Shown: positions 27,857 to 38,531 of the stretch, piece by piece | Layout: each line of letters opens with the position of its first letter | Position numbering within the stretch: position 1 is the stretch's first letter | From: Promethearchaeota archaeon | GTDB taxonomy: Archaea > Asgardarchaeota > Hermodarchaeia > Hermodarchaeales > Hermodarchaeaceae | Assembly (NCBI GenBank): GCA_048938385.1 | Contig: JBHLMG010000001.1 | Span: 1 to 64,000 of the forward strand | Reading direction: 5' to 3' | DNA length: 64,000 nucleotides | The notes under the pieces: generated by a model | Database searches by the model: none | What the model saw: the letters and a program-made list of their open reading frames with translations, nothing else | Told to the model about the DNA's origin: nothing | Translations under genes and position numbers: made by a program

Positions 27857-29578
27857 ATGGATGGGATCTCAATAGCAACTGGTGCTTTGGAGTTGGCGCA
27901 TAGGGTTCGTCGGGTACAGGCTCAGCTGGAGTCCATCTTAGGCTTGGAATGGTTGCCCCGTCCGCAAGATCGGATACAAGGCGTTACTTGGGGGTCGGTG
28001 CCCTTGGTGTGGAACACCCCGCGGTTTGGAGTGAAGGAATCATTAGTTTCAGATCGTCCACGGGGTGGATGGCAAGTGACGATTGCCGAGGCGTTGCAGG
28101 AGGAGCCGGACCATGTATTATCATGGGTGATATGGCGGGAGTCGTTCCTCACCTTTCTACTACCACATCTACGCCACATTCCTGAAGTTGCTGATTTAGG
28201 GCTTTATGCTGGATTGAAGCATGGTAATTTTTCATCCAACCAAGATGCAGAATTAAAGGTGCTATGGCAGCATGTGTCGGTCCCCCAGCACCATGTGCAC
28301 TACATCTATGATGCGCCTTATGGGTTTCCTCTGTTCGACCAAGTCGTAGATGGGGGCTTTCTAACGCGGGTTGTGACCTGGTTGAATGGCTTCCGTACTA
28401 GTGCTGTGGCACCATTAACTTCGACGACATACACAGCGGCCCTGGAGCAGTGGATGCTGGAGACCCACATTCCATTAACTGTAAATGAGGTCCGCATTCT
28501 ATCTGTGCTCGCTCGCACCACTCATTTCAAGCAAACGGAATTAGCCCAACAACTCGACATGCTCCCCTCTGCTCTCAGTCCGGCGCTCACGAAGCTTGCG
28601 CAACGCCACATCCTACGCTTGTACAATTTCACTAATCTCCCTAAAATCGGGCTCATCCCCTTCGAGGTTTTGCTTCGAATTAGTAATTCGAAAAAGCGAT
28701 CAAAATGGATTGATTTGTTGAGTACCGCACGTTATGCATACTCTATTACAACAATGCAACAAGACTGGATCCTTGGAAGGTTGCTCATTCCATTTGATCG
28801 CGTTAACGATCTTCAACAATGGGTTGAAGACCTTTCAACAAACGAAGAAATCACATTAGTATCTCTGTTTAAAGTCACCGAATTGGTAGATTATTGGAAC
28901 TTCGGTTCCTATATGCCTGGGGTCGGTTGGGTTGATGATTTCTCCCTTATTCTGGAACAAACCCGATCGTTACTCTACAATTTGAAATCTAAACCAATAG
29001 AGAAGTTTATCTCAAAGTATACTTACGATTATGATACAGCTCGTGAGAATATATTTGAATTGCGGGTTGAAGACTTTATTTATTTTCGGAGAGCAATCGA
29101 CATCGTTTTCACAACGGATCGTATTTCACCGCAGCTTTCTCAAGAAATCCGAAATGCGGGCCTCTCCGATTCAGCATACCGGAGACGAGTACAAAAGCTC
29201 GAAGAACAGGACATTAGCACCATTGGGCGGTTGTGGTTACTTCATATCGGGCTCGATACAGTTATACAGCTCCTTTTATTTGAACCCATAGAAACAGTGA
29301 CTAGCTTCATACAGGCAATGCGTACTTTTCCCTATATTACTGGTTCAATATACGAAAGGGGGAATGGAAGGCTCAGGGTTTTTGTTCCTAACTTACAGGC
29401 TGTGGAGGTTCTCTCCTTCTTACAGAAACTAGCTATTGATCTTGAAATGGGTGTACTAATTGAAGCTCAGCCCTTTTGGAAAGCCGTTACGGGGCTTCAG
29501 GATCCTGTTAAAGAATCAAATTATGACTTCAATGTGGGAACTTGGAAGTGGGATGAAGCCAGTCTTCCCAAAATATAA
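27857..29578 (+). CDS. Large HTH plus Lrp/AsnC-fold repeat protein, paralog 2
   Basis: Shares WRE, ADLGLY, FDxxVDG, LExWM, QTELA, EDFIY, YRRRV, LHIGLD and NYDFxxGxWxW with paralog 1. Confidence 0.75.
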   Translation: MDGISIATGALELAHRVRRVQAQLESILGLEWLPRPQDRIQGVTWGSVPLVWNTPRFGVKESLVSDRPRGGWQVTIAEALQEEPDHVLSWVIWRESFLTFLLPHLRHIPEVADLGLYAGLKHGNFSSNQDAELKVLWQHVSVPQHHVHYIYDAPYGFPLFDQVVDGGFLTRVVTWLNGFRTSAVAPLTSTTYTAALEQWMLETHIPLTVNEVRILSVLARTTHFKQTELAQQLDMLPSALSPALTKLAQRHILRLYNFTNLPKIGLIPFEVLLRISNSKKRSKWIDLLSTARYAYSITTMQQDWILGRLLIPFDRVNDLQQWVEDLSTNEEITLVSLFKVTELVDYWNFGSYMPGVGWVDDFSLILEQTRSLLYNLKSKPIEKFISKYTYDYDTARENIFELRVEDFIYFRRAIDIVFTTDRISPQLSQEIRNAGLSDSAYRRRVQKLEEQDISTIGRLWLLHIGLDTVIQLLLFEPIETVTSFIQAMRTFPYITGSIYERGNGRLRVFVPNLQAVEVLSFLQKLAIDLEMGVLIEAQPFWKAVTGLQDPVKESNYDFNVGTWKWDEASLPKI

Positions 29579-30015
29579 TTTCAGATAAAAAAGAAAAGGG
29601 GAGGGGGGTTAGTAGGGGTCTGTGGGTCGTGCGGGATACATTGTAGTTGATGCCTCCGTTGAGTTGCGTGTTCATCAAAGGCTTCTGGAAATCTGTTTTA
29701 AACCACAGCAAGTTGGATACAAAGAACTGGTCGGCACAGCGAAATCTTGGTCTCTTTTTTTCGTTAAGTTATCTTCAAATTCAGGAAATGTCTGGAATCT
29801 ATAAACCTCTGTAACCTCATTTTACAAAGAAGTCTAAGAACTCCAAGTTTTTGTCATTTTTTTACAAGTTCCCGCTAGCATCTACAAAACAGCAAGTATG
29901 ATTGGGGATTTGGGTCGCTTTGCTACGGAATACTTGACTTCACTTATCGCTAGCTCTGTCTTGGCTTTTATTACGCCCGTTCAATGTTGAATTCACAGCG
30001 AATGGAGTACACAGG

Positions 30016-31251
30016 ATGGAGATCATTCGGCACGAGTTGAAACGCCCGTCGGTGTTCGTCAATGAAGCGAAGCTCTCAATCGACTATGTTCCACCGAACC
30101 TGCCCCATCGTGAGGAACACCTACGCAAGTTAACTCAATTGTTTCGCGGGGTCATCGAAGCCCCAGGTCGCGTATCCCAAAAGGCGCTCATCATAGGAGA
30201 CACTGGGTCAGGGAAAACCTCCGTGGCCAAGCTGTTTGGCAAGTTCATTACCGATGTCGCTCAGAGCCACGGGATAAGACTAATCTATGTGCATGTGAAT
30301 GCACGACGCGAACGCACCGAATATATGATTTTGAACAGAATTGCCGGTGCACTGCAACCGGGCCTTCCATTGCGGGGCTTGTCCACACAAGAGCTTCTTG
30401 CCATCATATTAGATTACATCGAAGCTAACGATGTGTACTTGCTAGTAACGCTCGATGAGCTCGGCGTCTTCCTTAAACGCCAAGGCGAAGAGCTGCTCTA
30501 TCTGCTCTCGCGCACCGTTGATGACCAACTTAACGCCCAACAACGCATCTCCTTGATTGGAATCAGCCGAACCCCGCTCTTCGGGTACATCCTCGATCCG
30601 AGTACTTGGAGTACCTTGCAAAAGAATCTAATCCAGTTCAACCGCTATGACTCCCGTCAACTGCGGGATATTCTCACCTTTCGTATTAAAGACGCTTTTC
30701 TCGATGGCGCCGTTCCAGCCAGTACCCTAGACCTCATCGCCGACATCGCAGGAACCTTTGGGGATGCACGTTACGCCTTGGAACTGCTCTACAACGCAGG
30801 CAAAATGGCCGACGAGAAGGGGGTGCTGCGGATCTTGCCTGAGTATGTACGCAGTGCCAAAGCCTTCATTACGCCCGAAGTACGGCGCGAAGTACTCCAT
30901 GACCTGTCCCTCCATCAAAAACTCCTCCTATTGGCGGTCTGCCGTGTACTCAAACCGTCTGAGGATGCCTATGCGACCATGGGGGAAGTCGAAACACGAT
31001 ATGGACTAGTTAGTGAAGAGTACGGACACACTCCCCGGTCACATACCCAAGTCTGGTCTTATGTGCAGGAACTCGTGGGATTAGGAATTCTTACCTCAAA
31101 AATTTCTGGCGAGGGGCAGCGTGGGAAAACAACGCTAATCGGGCTTCCTGATATTCCCGCAGAAGCCTTAGAGAGTGAACTTGAACTCCACATCAACAAC
31201 AAACGGCGAGGTGCTACGCATGATCGACGGTTCAGATACCGCTATGCTTGA
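30016..31251 (+). CDS. cdc6: Second Orc1/Cdc6 paralog
   Basis: LPHREE, GDTGSGKT, TLDE, GDARYALELL and GQRGKTT motifs. Confidence 0.93.
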   Translation: MEIIRHELKRPSVFVNEAKLSIDYVPPNLPHREEHLRKLTQLFRGVIEAPGRVSQKALIIGDTGSGKTSVAKLFGKFITDVAQSHGIRLIYVHVNARRERTEYMILNRIAGALQPGLPLRGLSTQELLAIILDYIEANDVYLLVTLDELGVFLKRQGEELLYLLSRTVDDQLNAQQRISLIGISRTPLFGYILDPSTWSTLQKNLIQFNRYDSRQLRDILTFRIKDAFLDGAVPASTLDLIADIAGTFGDARYALELLYNAGKMADEKGVLRILPEYVRSAKAFITPEVRREVLHDLSLHQKLLLLAVCRVLKPSEDAYATMGEVETRYGLVSEEYGHTPRSHTQVWSYVQELVGLGILTSKISGEGQRGKTTLIGLPDIPAEALESELELHINNKRRGATHDRRFRYRYA

Positions 31252-31540
31252 ACAGTTATCCGAACACCGTCCAATCCCAGTAGAACAGCTCTTCTCGTCC
31301 CGTGGACGCACCAAGATTATCCGGTTATTGGCTGAGTGTGGGGAGCTCAATATCTCCGAGATCGCCCGGAGGACGCAGCTCAACCACAGTACCACCCGAC
31401 GCCATCTTCAATTTCTAGAACGGGCCAAGCTTGTCCAGGAGAAAACCTTCGGGCGAATTCGTATCTACCGGTACAAAATCGAAAACCTCCGTGCCCTGGC
31501 ACTGCGTCGCTTCATTGAACTGTGGGAAAAATCTGAGTAA
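31220..31540 (+). CDS. ArsR-like wHTH regulator
   Basis: LFSSRGRTKII, ELNISEIARR and FGRIRIY; SD GAGGTG before ATG 31220. Confidence 0.8.
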   Translation: MIDGSDTAMLEQLSEHRPIPVEQLFSSRGRTKIIRLLAECGELNISEIARRTQLNHSTTRRHLQFLERAKLVQEKTFGRIRIYRYKIENLRALALRRFIELWEKSE

Positions 31541-31545
31541 ATCGC

Positions 31546-32775
31546 TCAGTCTTTGAGAATGAACTGCACGAGTTCACTTGGTAACTCCAGCTCCGTTATC
31601 ACTGTCTTTTTGGTAGCTGCGTTCTCGAGCAGGGCTTTGAGAAGAAGGACATACTCTTCGTAGGCTTTCTTAGAGGAAAGGTGAACGATCGGTGATAGGA
31701 GTTGCCCGATTAGGGCGCGTTTTTGGCGTTGGCTTCGAGAAAAGCCCATTTGCCGAATCCATTCAGGAAACTTGTATTCAGGAGGATTAGGTGTGGGAGA
31801 TCCGTTGGTCAGTGAACCTGTGATGCACATGAGCTCTTTGGAGTAGGGGAGGAGTCGCCAGTTTTGAGTCCGACTGATTCGACGATAAAAAATACTGGCT
31901 TTTGAAAGCAAGTCGAACGCTTTCACCTGCTGCTTGATATCGCGAAACACAAAGGGCACATTGTTACTTACCCAGCGGATTAGCTCATCTGGGTAGACAT
32001 CGGTTTGATTAGCTGCAAAAATGGCTTGATTCCAATTTTCAGCATAGAAGATGCGGTTAAGTGCTTCGTCAAGATCGATTATCCGATCTCGTCCTTTCAG
32101 AAATTCAGATACTGACGCATCAGTTATGGATTTCTCTGTTTTGCTCACACTTTGTAAGTCGTTTATAGCGGCTCGAAGATCGCCACGGGATTGGGTAGCA
32201 ATAGTCTGTAGGGCTGATTCATCGAAGGAAAGCTTCTCTTTTCTGCAAATTCGTTCTAGTAATTTTGTCGTTTCTGAGATTGTGGGTGGTTGGAACTCAA
32301 AGTGTATACACAATTGTAACAATGAGCGTATTTTCGAGTCAGAGGTGTCGGTAGTTACTAAAATCATGGGAACGCGGGTTATTGGAATGTAATCTTTTAG
32401 GGCTGAAGCTGCGCCTCGGTCAGAACGCCCGCTAAGTCCTGCCAATTCGTCAACTAAAACTAGTCTCCCCTTTGTTTGTGTGAGAGTTGTCATCATGGTC
32501 GCGTTTTTTAATAATTCGTTCATCATTTTCTTGCTGCGTTTCACCGTAGCGTTAATCTCGCTTACTTCAAAACCGAGTTCTCGAGCGATAGTATAAACTG
32601 CAATGGTTTTACCCACACCAGGAGGACCATAGAGAAGGAGTGCTCGTCGGGTTCGAGATGCGCTTTTCGGCCAATTAGATAGCCAATCTGTAATCTGTTG
32701 AATAACGGAGTCGTTACCTATGAGATCCTGTATCTTTTGAGGTGCGTATTTTTCTACCCAAGGTTGGTCTTTCAT
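31546..32775 (-). CDS. rfcL: Replication factor C large subunit
   Basis: PWVEKYAP, GPPGVGKT and GDLRAAINDLQ motifs. Confidence 0.93.
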   Translation of the reverse strand: MKDQPWVEKYAPQKIQDLIGNDSVIQQITDWLSNWPKSASRTRRALLLYGPPGVGKTIAVYTIARELGFEVSEINATVKRSKKMMNELLKNATMMTTLTQTKGRLVLVDELAGLSGRSDRGAASALKDYIPITRVPMILVTTDTSDSKIRSLLQLCIHFEFQPPTISETTKLLERICRKEKLSFDESALQTIATQSRGDLRAAINDLQSVSKTEKSITDASVSEFLKGRDRIIDLDEALNRIFYAENWNQAIFAANQTDVYPDELIRWVSNNVPFVFRDIKQQVKAFDLLSKASIFYRRISRTQNWRLLPYSKELMCITGSLTNGSPTPNPPEYKFPEWIRQMGFSRSQRQKRALIGQLLSPIVHLSSKKAYEEYVLLLKALLENAATKKTVITELELPSELVQFILKD

Positions 32776-33746
32776 TGTGATTTTTCACTCATTGTTCCTA
32801 ATAAGGAAAAATTAGCTAAAATGTAACTTAGCTGAATTTCTGGGTCTGCCCCCTCGGTGAGCCGGAATTCAGCTTCTCCAACTAGACCAACCAATCGCAC
32901 CTTTACCTCCTCAGCTATCCCCAGTCTTAGGACCTCGCGATGAATTTGTCGAATGATATCAGTTCCTGAAAGACCTTGCCAGACCAGGAGATTCCTGAGT
33001 TTATTTTGGGCTTCAAGGAAATTTCCATTCAAAGCTAAGTTGATTAGTTGACTAATATCTTCAGGTCGGGCTTTACCAGTTGTGTCGTATACTGAATCAG
33101 CATCAACTTCTCTTTTCTTTACTGCTGAAGCCTGTAAGACGTTAATTGCTCGGCGCAAGTCCCCCCCTGAAACATAGAGAATAGCTTCCATACCCTCATC
33201 GGTCACCTTGACTTTCTCTTTTTTAGCGATATTAGTTACCATTTCCTTGATGTCTTTTTCATCTAATCTAGGAAATCGAAAAATTGCACAACGTGATTGT
33301 ATGGGTTCAATAATCCGGCTTGAATAGTTACAAATCAAACAGAACCGACATGTGGTAACGAATCGCTCCATGGTTCGACGAAGGGCATGCTGTGCATCAC
33401 GAGTGAGACTATCGGCTTCATCTAACGAGATTATTTTGTAAGGAAATTCACCTAAGGGGCGTGTTCGTGCAAAGGTCTTCACACGATTCCGTATTACATC
33501 GATCCCCCGGTCATCACTGGCGTTGAGCTCTAAAAAGTTTCCAGAGAATTGTGGTCCAAATAGTTCATGGGCAAAAGCAAGAATGGCAGTCGTTTTTCCT
33601 GTTCCTGCGGGTCCTGAAAATAACAGGTGTGGAAGATCTCGTTCAATGAGGAATTGCTTTAGTCGTTCGGTTATCGGCTCTTGACCGATTATCTCCTCAA
33701 GTTTCTTTGGTCGATATTTCTCTGTCCACATCCAATGTTCTGACAA
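32772..33746 (-). CDS. rfcS: Replication factor C small subunit
   Basis: WTEKYRP, GPAGTGKT, ELNASD, LDEAD and SRC motifs. Confidence 0.97.
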   Translation of the reverse strand: MSEHWMWTEKYRPKKLEEIIGQEPITERLKQFLIERDLPHLLFSGPAGTGKTTAILAFAHELFGPQFSGNFLELNASDDRGIDVIRNRVKTFARTRPLGEFPYKIISLDEADSLTRDAQHALRRTMERFVTTCRFCLICNYSSRIIEPIQSRCAIFRFPRLDEKDIKEMVTNIAKKEKVKVTDEGMEAILYVSGGDLRRAINVLQASAVKKREVDADSVYDTTGKARPEDISQLINLALNGNFLEAQNKLRNLLVWQGLSGTDIIRQIHREVLRLGIAEEVKVRLVGLVGEAEFRLTEGADPEIQLSYILANFSLLGTMSEKSQ

Positions 33747-33819
33747 TTAGAAGACCTCCTGCTGATTGGGGGTTGCTTTGCGATTAAGGTTTCGTCTCCA
33801 CTAAGAATGTGTGTAGTGC

Positions 33820-34938
33820 TCAGTGGGCTACGATTCGGTTTGTTGACCGTTTCATTCGCCAGCTAATAAGTGTAGTAGTGACTGTTATACAACTTAGCGT
33901 AATGATCCCAATTTGCTGGAGTAGTAGAGCTAGACCAAGTGGTGGAGTTAGGTCTATAGTGTGTGAAAATGGATTAATTAAGGAATTGGGGAGAATTCCA
34001 ATTATTTCTTCGGCACAAGAGTATCCAATACTACCATTGTAGCGTAAAATGATAAACTGGTTCTCATAAAGTTGGTCAAGCAAGTTTATCAAATTGATAA
34101 AAAAGGATCCATCTGGTTCGGTTCGTACCAATCCCATGGCTACCCTTGATTCTTGAAGAATTTCGATGGAGGCATTGGCAATTCCCTCACCCGAGGTATG
34201 ACACAATCGGCCTTGGATTTCAAAACCGCGGTCTCTTTGCCAGAACGCAGGAAGCCCAACGAAGTATGTAGATGAGTTATGAATTACAAAGGGTATCGTA
34301 TTTGCTGTACCATTGTAATACCCATAGCCTAGACTCTGAATTGTGAAAACTATCGGGGCGGTGTCATTAACATTTACTGTGTAATTGAATGTGAGAGATC
34401 CGTTCATAGGAGTTACTGCTTGATTGAGAAGCTGATTAGGTTCCTTTAGTAGCTGGACAGTGATGTTCGCCATTGGAAACATATGATCGTCTTGGATGAG
34501 AACATGAAAGAATAGCTGCTGTCCAATGTTCACCTTCGAACCTACAGGCTGGCCATTTGCGTCCTTGACACTAATGGTTGTGTGTATCTGGGCGTAGATC
34601 GTGATTGGAATTGGTACCATGCTTGGTAGCAGAAATCGTTCAGGGTCACCACGGAAGGTTGCATTGAGTTGAGCTATCCCAAGTGGATGTGTTAGCGGGA
34701 TTAACCAGATAAAAGTCGCATGTCCTGTTATATTCGTCAGGGCAGTTCCGAGTAGCGTGTTTTGTTGTTCATGGAAAAAGTGAACGGTAGCGTTATCAAT
34801 TGGGTTACCGCTCAGGTCGCGGAGTTGAACGGTTAGAGTTAGATCGGTGCCTCTGAAGGTGCTAATGGCAGGGGAAGGTAGAGGAACAGATGGGCTAATG
34901 ACCATCGAGAAGAGTAAAATCACTAAGAGTACACGCAT
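33820..34938 (-). CDS. Secreted/membrane-anchored Ig-like repeat protein
   Basis: Signal peptide, repeated GxPIxNAxV beta-rich modules, C-terminal TM, many N-x-S/T sequons. Confidence 0.7.
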   Translation of the reverse strand: MRVLLVILLFSMVISPSVPLPSPAISTFRGTDLTLTVQLRDLSGNPIDNATVHFFHEQQNTLLGTALTNITGHATFIWLIPLTHPLGIAQLNATFRGDPERFLLPSMVPIPITIYAQIHTTISVKDANGQPVGSKVNIGQQLFFHVLIQDDHMFPMANITVQLLKEPNQLLNQAVTPMNGSLTFNYTVNVNDTAPIVFTIQSLGYGYYNGTANTIPFVIHNSSTYFVGLPAFWQRDRGFEIQGRLCHTSGEGIANASIEILQESRVAMGLVRTEPDGSFFINLINLLDQLYENQFIILRYNGSIGYSCAEEIIGILPNSLINPFSHTIDLTPPLGLALLLQQIGIITLSCITVTTTLISWRMKRSTNRIVAH

Positions 34939-34940
34939 GT

Positions 34941-36452
34941 CTAAAACCCCTCGTTGCTGCGCTGCTCTTGCCAGGACTCCTTCGTCTTGACATCAAAGGC
35001 AGTGAACCCTTCTTCTTGGACAATCGTTGGTTCGTGCCATGTCCAACAGCTTCGCTCAAAATCAAAAGTGTCAAACGATAATGGCCAACCACCAATTTCA
35101 GGACCTGCAAGAGAGATGTCAGCTTGAGTGTGAAGGTATTTGGCAAGGTAGTACCGCATCAAGGCATACGAACCTGCCGGTAAGGTTGCATAAAGCAGTA
35201 TTTCCTTACGACCACTATGATAGTCAGTAAGCTGCCGGGTCCACGCTTGAGGTAGTTCGTCGATAATTCCTACGAGTCGTGCATCGTGTTCACTTATCCT
35301 AATGAAAACATCCTCAATGAGTCCTACTCGTCTGAGCATGGGGTGTAACTGAATGACGCCCAATTCAATTAACTTGCTTTTTCGGCGACTAGCCTGTGCA
35401 ACACTAATTCGAGCGCTTTTCGCTAGCTTCTCTAGCTTAACACGGGCGTCCGACATCAAAATAGGGATAATCTGTTTGTCTTTCTGATCTGGAATATAAA
35501 GGCGAGAAGGTTGCTTTGGTTCCTCTCTCTTCGCGAAGGAACCAGAACTTGTGCGTCCCGTGTGGAAAAGATGGGCACCTAGGAAGAGCTTTCTCCAATC
35601 GATGTTCCATCTTCCGGGTTTTACTTTATAATGGGTAAATCCTACAGTTTTACCCAGGTCTTTCGCTAGGTAAAGCGTGTGTGCAGTGCCCAAACGCGTC
35701 TTGAGCGTCTTTGAACACGATCCGAGATGATCTTCAGGAACCACCATGAAATATAAGGTACTTCTTGAATTGCCAGAGAGTTCAATACGGGAAAGGAGGT
35801 ATGGGCTTCTAATTGAGCTTTTCGTGTCATAAAATTCAACAAAGACTGGAACTAAACCCAAACTTGGGTAGTGTACCTTCGCTATGATTTTACAGATGTT
35901 TAATCTCTGTAACCGTTTCCAACGGCGGCGGATCTTCTTCTCACCGACACGAAGCAGTCGCGAAACTTCAGGAATGGTCATTGTTGGCATTTGGCTCAGA
36001 GTCTGAATTATGCCAATATCAAGTGCTGTTAACCTGAAACTGGAAAATTTACACAGTTCAGTTGCCAGGATCCAAAACTGCTCCACAGTAAGGGGCGTTG
36101 TAGTGCACTGTGCGACTGATTGAAGCAATGGAACTATGCGTTCAAGAAATCGTCCGTCCAGTTTTCCATCCCAATCAAGGAAATCAGGCAATCCCCTATA
36201 GCCACCGGGTCCAAACGCGAAAGGAACCTTAAACTCAGTGAAAGAGGTGTCAAGGCAGCTTCGGAGCCAATCCAGTCTTCCTGCTAATTTGTTCTGAAAG
36301 AATTCGAGAAAATCGGCTCTTATCACTTGGGGCAAGATGGGGGGTAACCAGTGGTCTAGAATCCTGTCGGGGGTGGAAATGGCCGAATCGGGGATGTCTT
36401 GCCATGGTTTGCACTTAAGATGTTTGAAAGCCAAGTCTAGGTTGAGTCGCAT
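34941..36452 (-). CDS. Large double HTH/Lrp-fold protein, paralog 3 (divergent)
   Basis: LDGRFL similar to VDGxFL, two Lrp-type HTHs, C-terminal TFDFERSCWTW. Confidence 0.7.
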   Translation of the reverse strand: MRLNLDLAFKHLKCKPWQDIPDSAISTPDRILDHWLPPILPQVIRADFLEFFQNKLAGRLDWLRSCLDTSFTEFKVPFAFGPGGYRGLPDFLDWDGKLDGRFLERIVPLLQSVAQCTTTPLTVEQFWILATELCKFSSFRLTALDIGIIQTLSQMPTMTIPEVSRLLRVGEKKIRRRWKRLQRLNICKIIAKVHYPSLGLVPVFVEFYDTKSSIRSPYLLSRIELSGNSRSTLYFMVVPEDHLGSCSKTLKTRLGTAHTLYLAKDLGKTVGFTHYKVKPGRWNIDWRKLFLGAHLFHTGRTSSGSFAKREEPKQPSRLYIPDQKDKQIIPILMSDARVKLEKLAKSARISVAQASRRKSKLIELGVIQLHPMLRRVGLIEDVFIRISEHDARLVGIIDELPQAWTRQLTDYHSGRKEILLYATLPAGSYALMRYYLAKYLHTQADISLAGPEIGGWPLSFDTFDFERSCWTWHEPTIVQEEGFTAFDVKTKESWQEQRSNEGF

Positions 36453-36520
36453 AAGTCCACATCAAAGGATTGCAGGCTTTGGTTCAAAAACCCCACAATA
36501 CCAAGTCTTGAGAAGTAGAA

Positions 36521-37624
36521 TCAGCTTACAGACCGAAATTCCAAATCCAGCTTCTTTGCATGAGCGTATGCTTGATTCATTTCTTGAGAGGTAACTCGAC
36601 GAGAAATGTCTTGGTATTTTTTAGGATTTTTAAGGACTTGCCATAAGGGGCGGTATTGTTGCATGATGTTTACGAGTGCTAAAGGCGTATTTTCTGCTAT
36701 CCAGTCAAGAATTGGTAATACACAGCATTCGAGGTGGTTCGGTAGTACTAAAACGCGAATGATCATCTCCGTGGTGCTCTTGTCGTAGGCGGTTTTGATG
36801 TTTCGAGTTACCACGGATGTGTAGTTATTCACATTAGAAATTCTTGAAGCACATTCATCAGATAGGTACTTGAGATCGGGAAGCCAAAAATCGATGACAT
36901 CAATAAGTAGCTCCATTGCTTCGGGTGAGAGATACATGTTGGAATTCCAAAGCTGAGTTATATTGAACTGCTGCTTGCTCAATGACGAAAGGATGGTATG
37001 AAGGTGTGGAGTGGGATCTCCACCAACATAGTTAATGTTCTTGGCCCCTCGTGAAGCAAGTTCGTCTGCAATTTTTGCGAGTTGTTTTGGCGAAACAAGT
37101 TCTCCGTTTAATGGGTTACATGAAATATCGTAGTTTTGACAGTGTGCACAACGCAAATTACATCCACTGAAAAAGATAGTACCTGATGGGACAAGAGGGG
37201 GTTCTTCACCGGTGTGCAAAAACGCTGAAGAGACATAGCTTGAGTGGCTCACTTCACAGAAACCCAGATTCTTAGCCCGGTCTATATTGCATCGCCGGGC
37301 ACAAAAATGACATTCGTGAAGTATTCGATTTGCAAGAACTGCTTTCAGATCAAGAAATGATGTTGAGGCAAGCTTTTGAGAAGGATCCAGCGTTTTGTTT
37401 GTTAGCGCTTCTAATTGTTTCTTGAATTCTTCTCGAATACGCTGATGAGTGTTCCAGAGATTTGCAATTGTTTCTACCGGGTCAAAATCAACAGGCGTAT
37501 TGCGGGCGATAAGGTATTTGGCTGGAAGGCTGAGATCGATTATAGCCTTATATCTCTGGAAGCGTTGAGTTACCAAAGGGTTCGCCCAAACAGTTATCGC
37601 GTCGCTCCTAGCCAGTCGCCACAT
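36521..37624 (-). CDS. Radical SAM protein, PflX-like
   Basis: CNLRCAHCQN, HTGEEPPL and VGGDPT motifs. Confidence 0.9.
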   Translation of the reverse strand: MWRLARSDAITVWANPLVTQRFQRYKAIIDLSLPAKYLIARNTPVDFDPVETIANLWNTHQRIREEFKKQLEALTNKTLDPSQKLASTSFLDLKAVLANRILHECHFCARRCNIDRAKNLGFCEVSHSSYVSSAFLHTGEEPPLVPSGTIFFSGCNLRCAHCQNYDISCNPLNGELVSPKQLAKIADELASRGAKNINYVGGDPTPHLHTILSSLSKQQFNITQLWNSNMYLSPEAMELLIDVIDFWLPDLKYLSDECASRISNVNNYTSVVTRNIKTAYDKSTTEMIIRVLVLPNHLECCVLPILDWIAENTPLALVNIMQQYRPLWQVLKNPKKYQDISRRVTSQEMNQAYAHAKKLDLEFRSVS

Positions 37625-37706
37625 ACCAGTTCCACTAGTATGTAACAGCGCTAGTGAGCGTTATTAATTCCCCCGTTCTTTTCAAATTCCATAAGATGAG
37701 GAGTTT

Positions 37707-38003
37707 TTGTATCCCCTCAAAAAAAGCATTGTAGGGTGTATAAATCTGTTAATGCTTCAAGGATTGCAACTTCCTCTTCAAGGTCTTCTTGATCTGCTAA
37801 TCTACTATCTTAATACAGGCTGGGGAATAGTTATCCTAATTGGAACATTTGCTTCAGCGATTCTTATTGCTGTAGGATTCATTTATTGGTGTACTGGTCT
37901 TAATCCCAAAAAAGGGAGAAAAATGGTAATTGGTGGAGTCATATTGTTTGTTACTATGCAGTGGTTAGCTTTCAACACTCCTTGGCAGGTAATTCTTGGG
38001 TAA
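37707..38003 (+). CDS. Small membrane protein (TrbC/VirB2-like hydrophobic hairpin)
   Basis: Two TM helices joined by PKKGRK. Confidence 0.5.
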   Translation: MYPLKKSIVGCINLLMLQGLQLPLQGLLDLLIYYLNTGWGIVILIGTFASAILIAVGFIYWCTGLNPKKGRKMVIGGVILFVTMQWLAFNTPWQVILG

Positions 38004-38034
38004 ACTCACTTACAGGGCTTTTCGACTCTACACC

Positions 38035-38526
38035 TTACCTCGAAAAAGCTAAGCTTACCGCTTCTTTTGATGTTTGTGCGATATGAAGGTCTGAATGGGG
38101 AAATAATCCACGGTGTTGAATTATCATATCTGTGACACCCCCTGTGCCTTTAAGTAAAATCAACCGCTTTTGTACAGCGATAGCAAAACCAATTTCACTT
38201 AAAGTTCCACCAGATCCTGCAATACTGATGATCGCATCACTTGAGATGATATTAAGGTAATTTCGGGCATAGCCAATTCCCGTAGCAATAGCAAAGTCAA
38301 CATAGCGGTTGGCTACGCTGGCATCGCTTTCAGGGAGAATTCCAATAGTAATTCCTTTTTCGCTTTTTGCACCCTTAGACGCTGCTTCCATTACCCCGTC
38401 TTTACCACCAGTAATTAGAACGGCTTTCTTCTTTGCTATTTCCTGTCCAACGCTTTCTGCAATCTGGAAGATCTTAGGTGAGATATTTCCGCTGCTCCCA
38501 ATTACCGCAATCCGCTGCATCATCAT
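38035..38526 (-). CDS. LOG/TIGR00725-family Rossmann protein
   Basis: TGGKDGVMEA, RNYLN and GSGGTLSEI motifs. Confidence 0.88.
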   Translation of the reverse strand: MMMQRIAVIGSSGNISPKIFQIAESVGQEIAKKKAVLITGGKDGVMEAASKGAKSEKGITIGILPESDASVANRYVDFAIATGIGYARNYLNIISSDAIISIAGSGGTLSEIGFAIAVQKRLILLKGTGGVTDMIIQHRGLFPHSDLHIAQTSKEAVSLAFSR

Positions 38527-38531
38527 CCCTT

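Noticed and set aside
25368-30015. tRNA-iMet-anchored integrated element
   Set aside because: No integrase, and I saw no repeat of the tRNA 3' end in the window.
30016-31251. Second origin at the cdc6 paralog
   Set aside because: No ORB boxes seen in 29579-30015.
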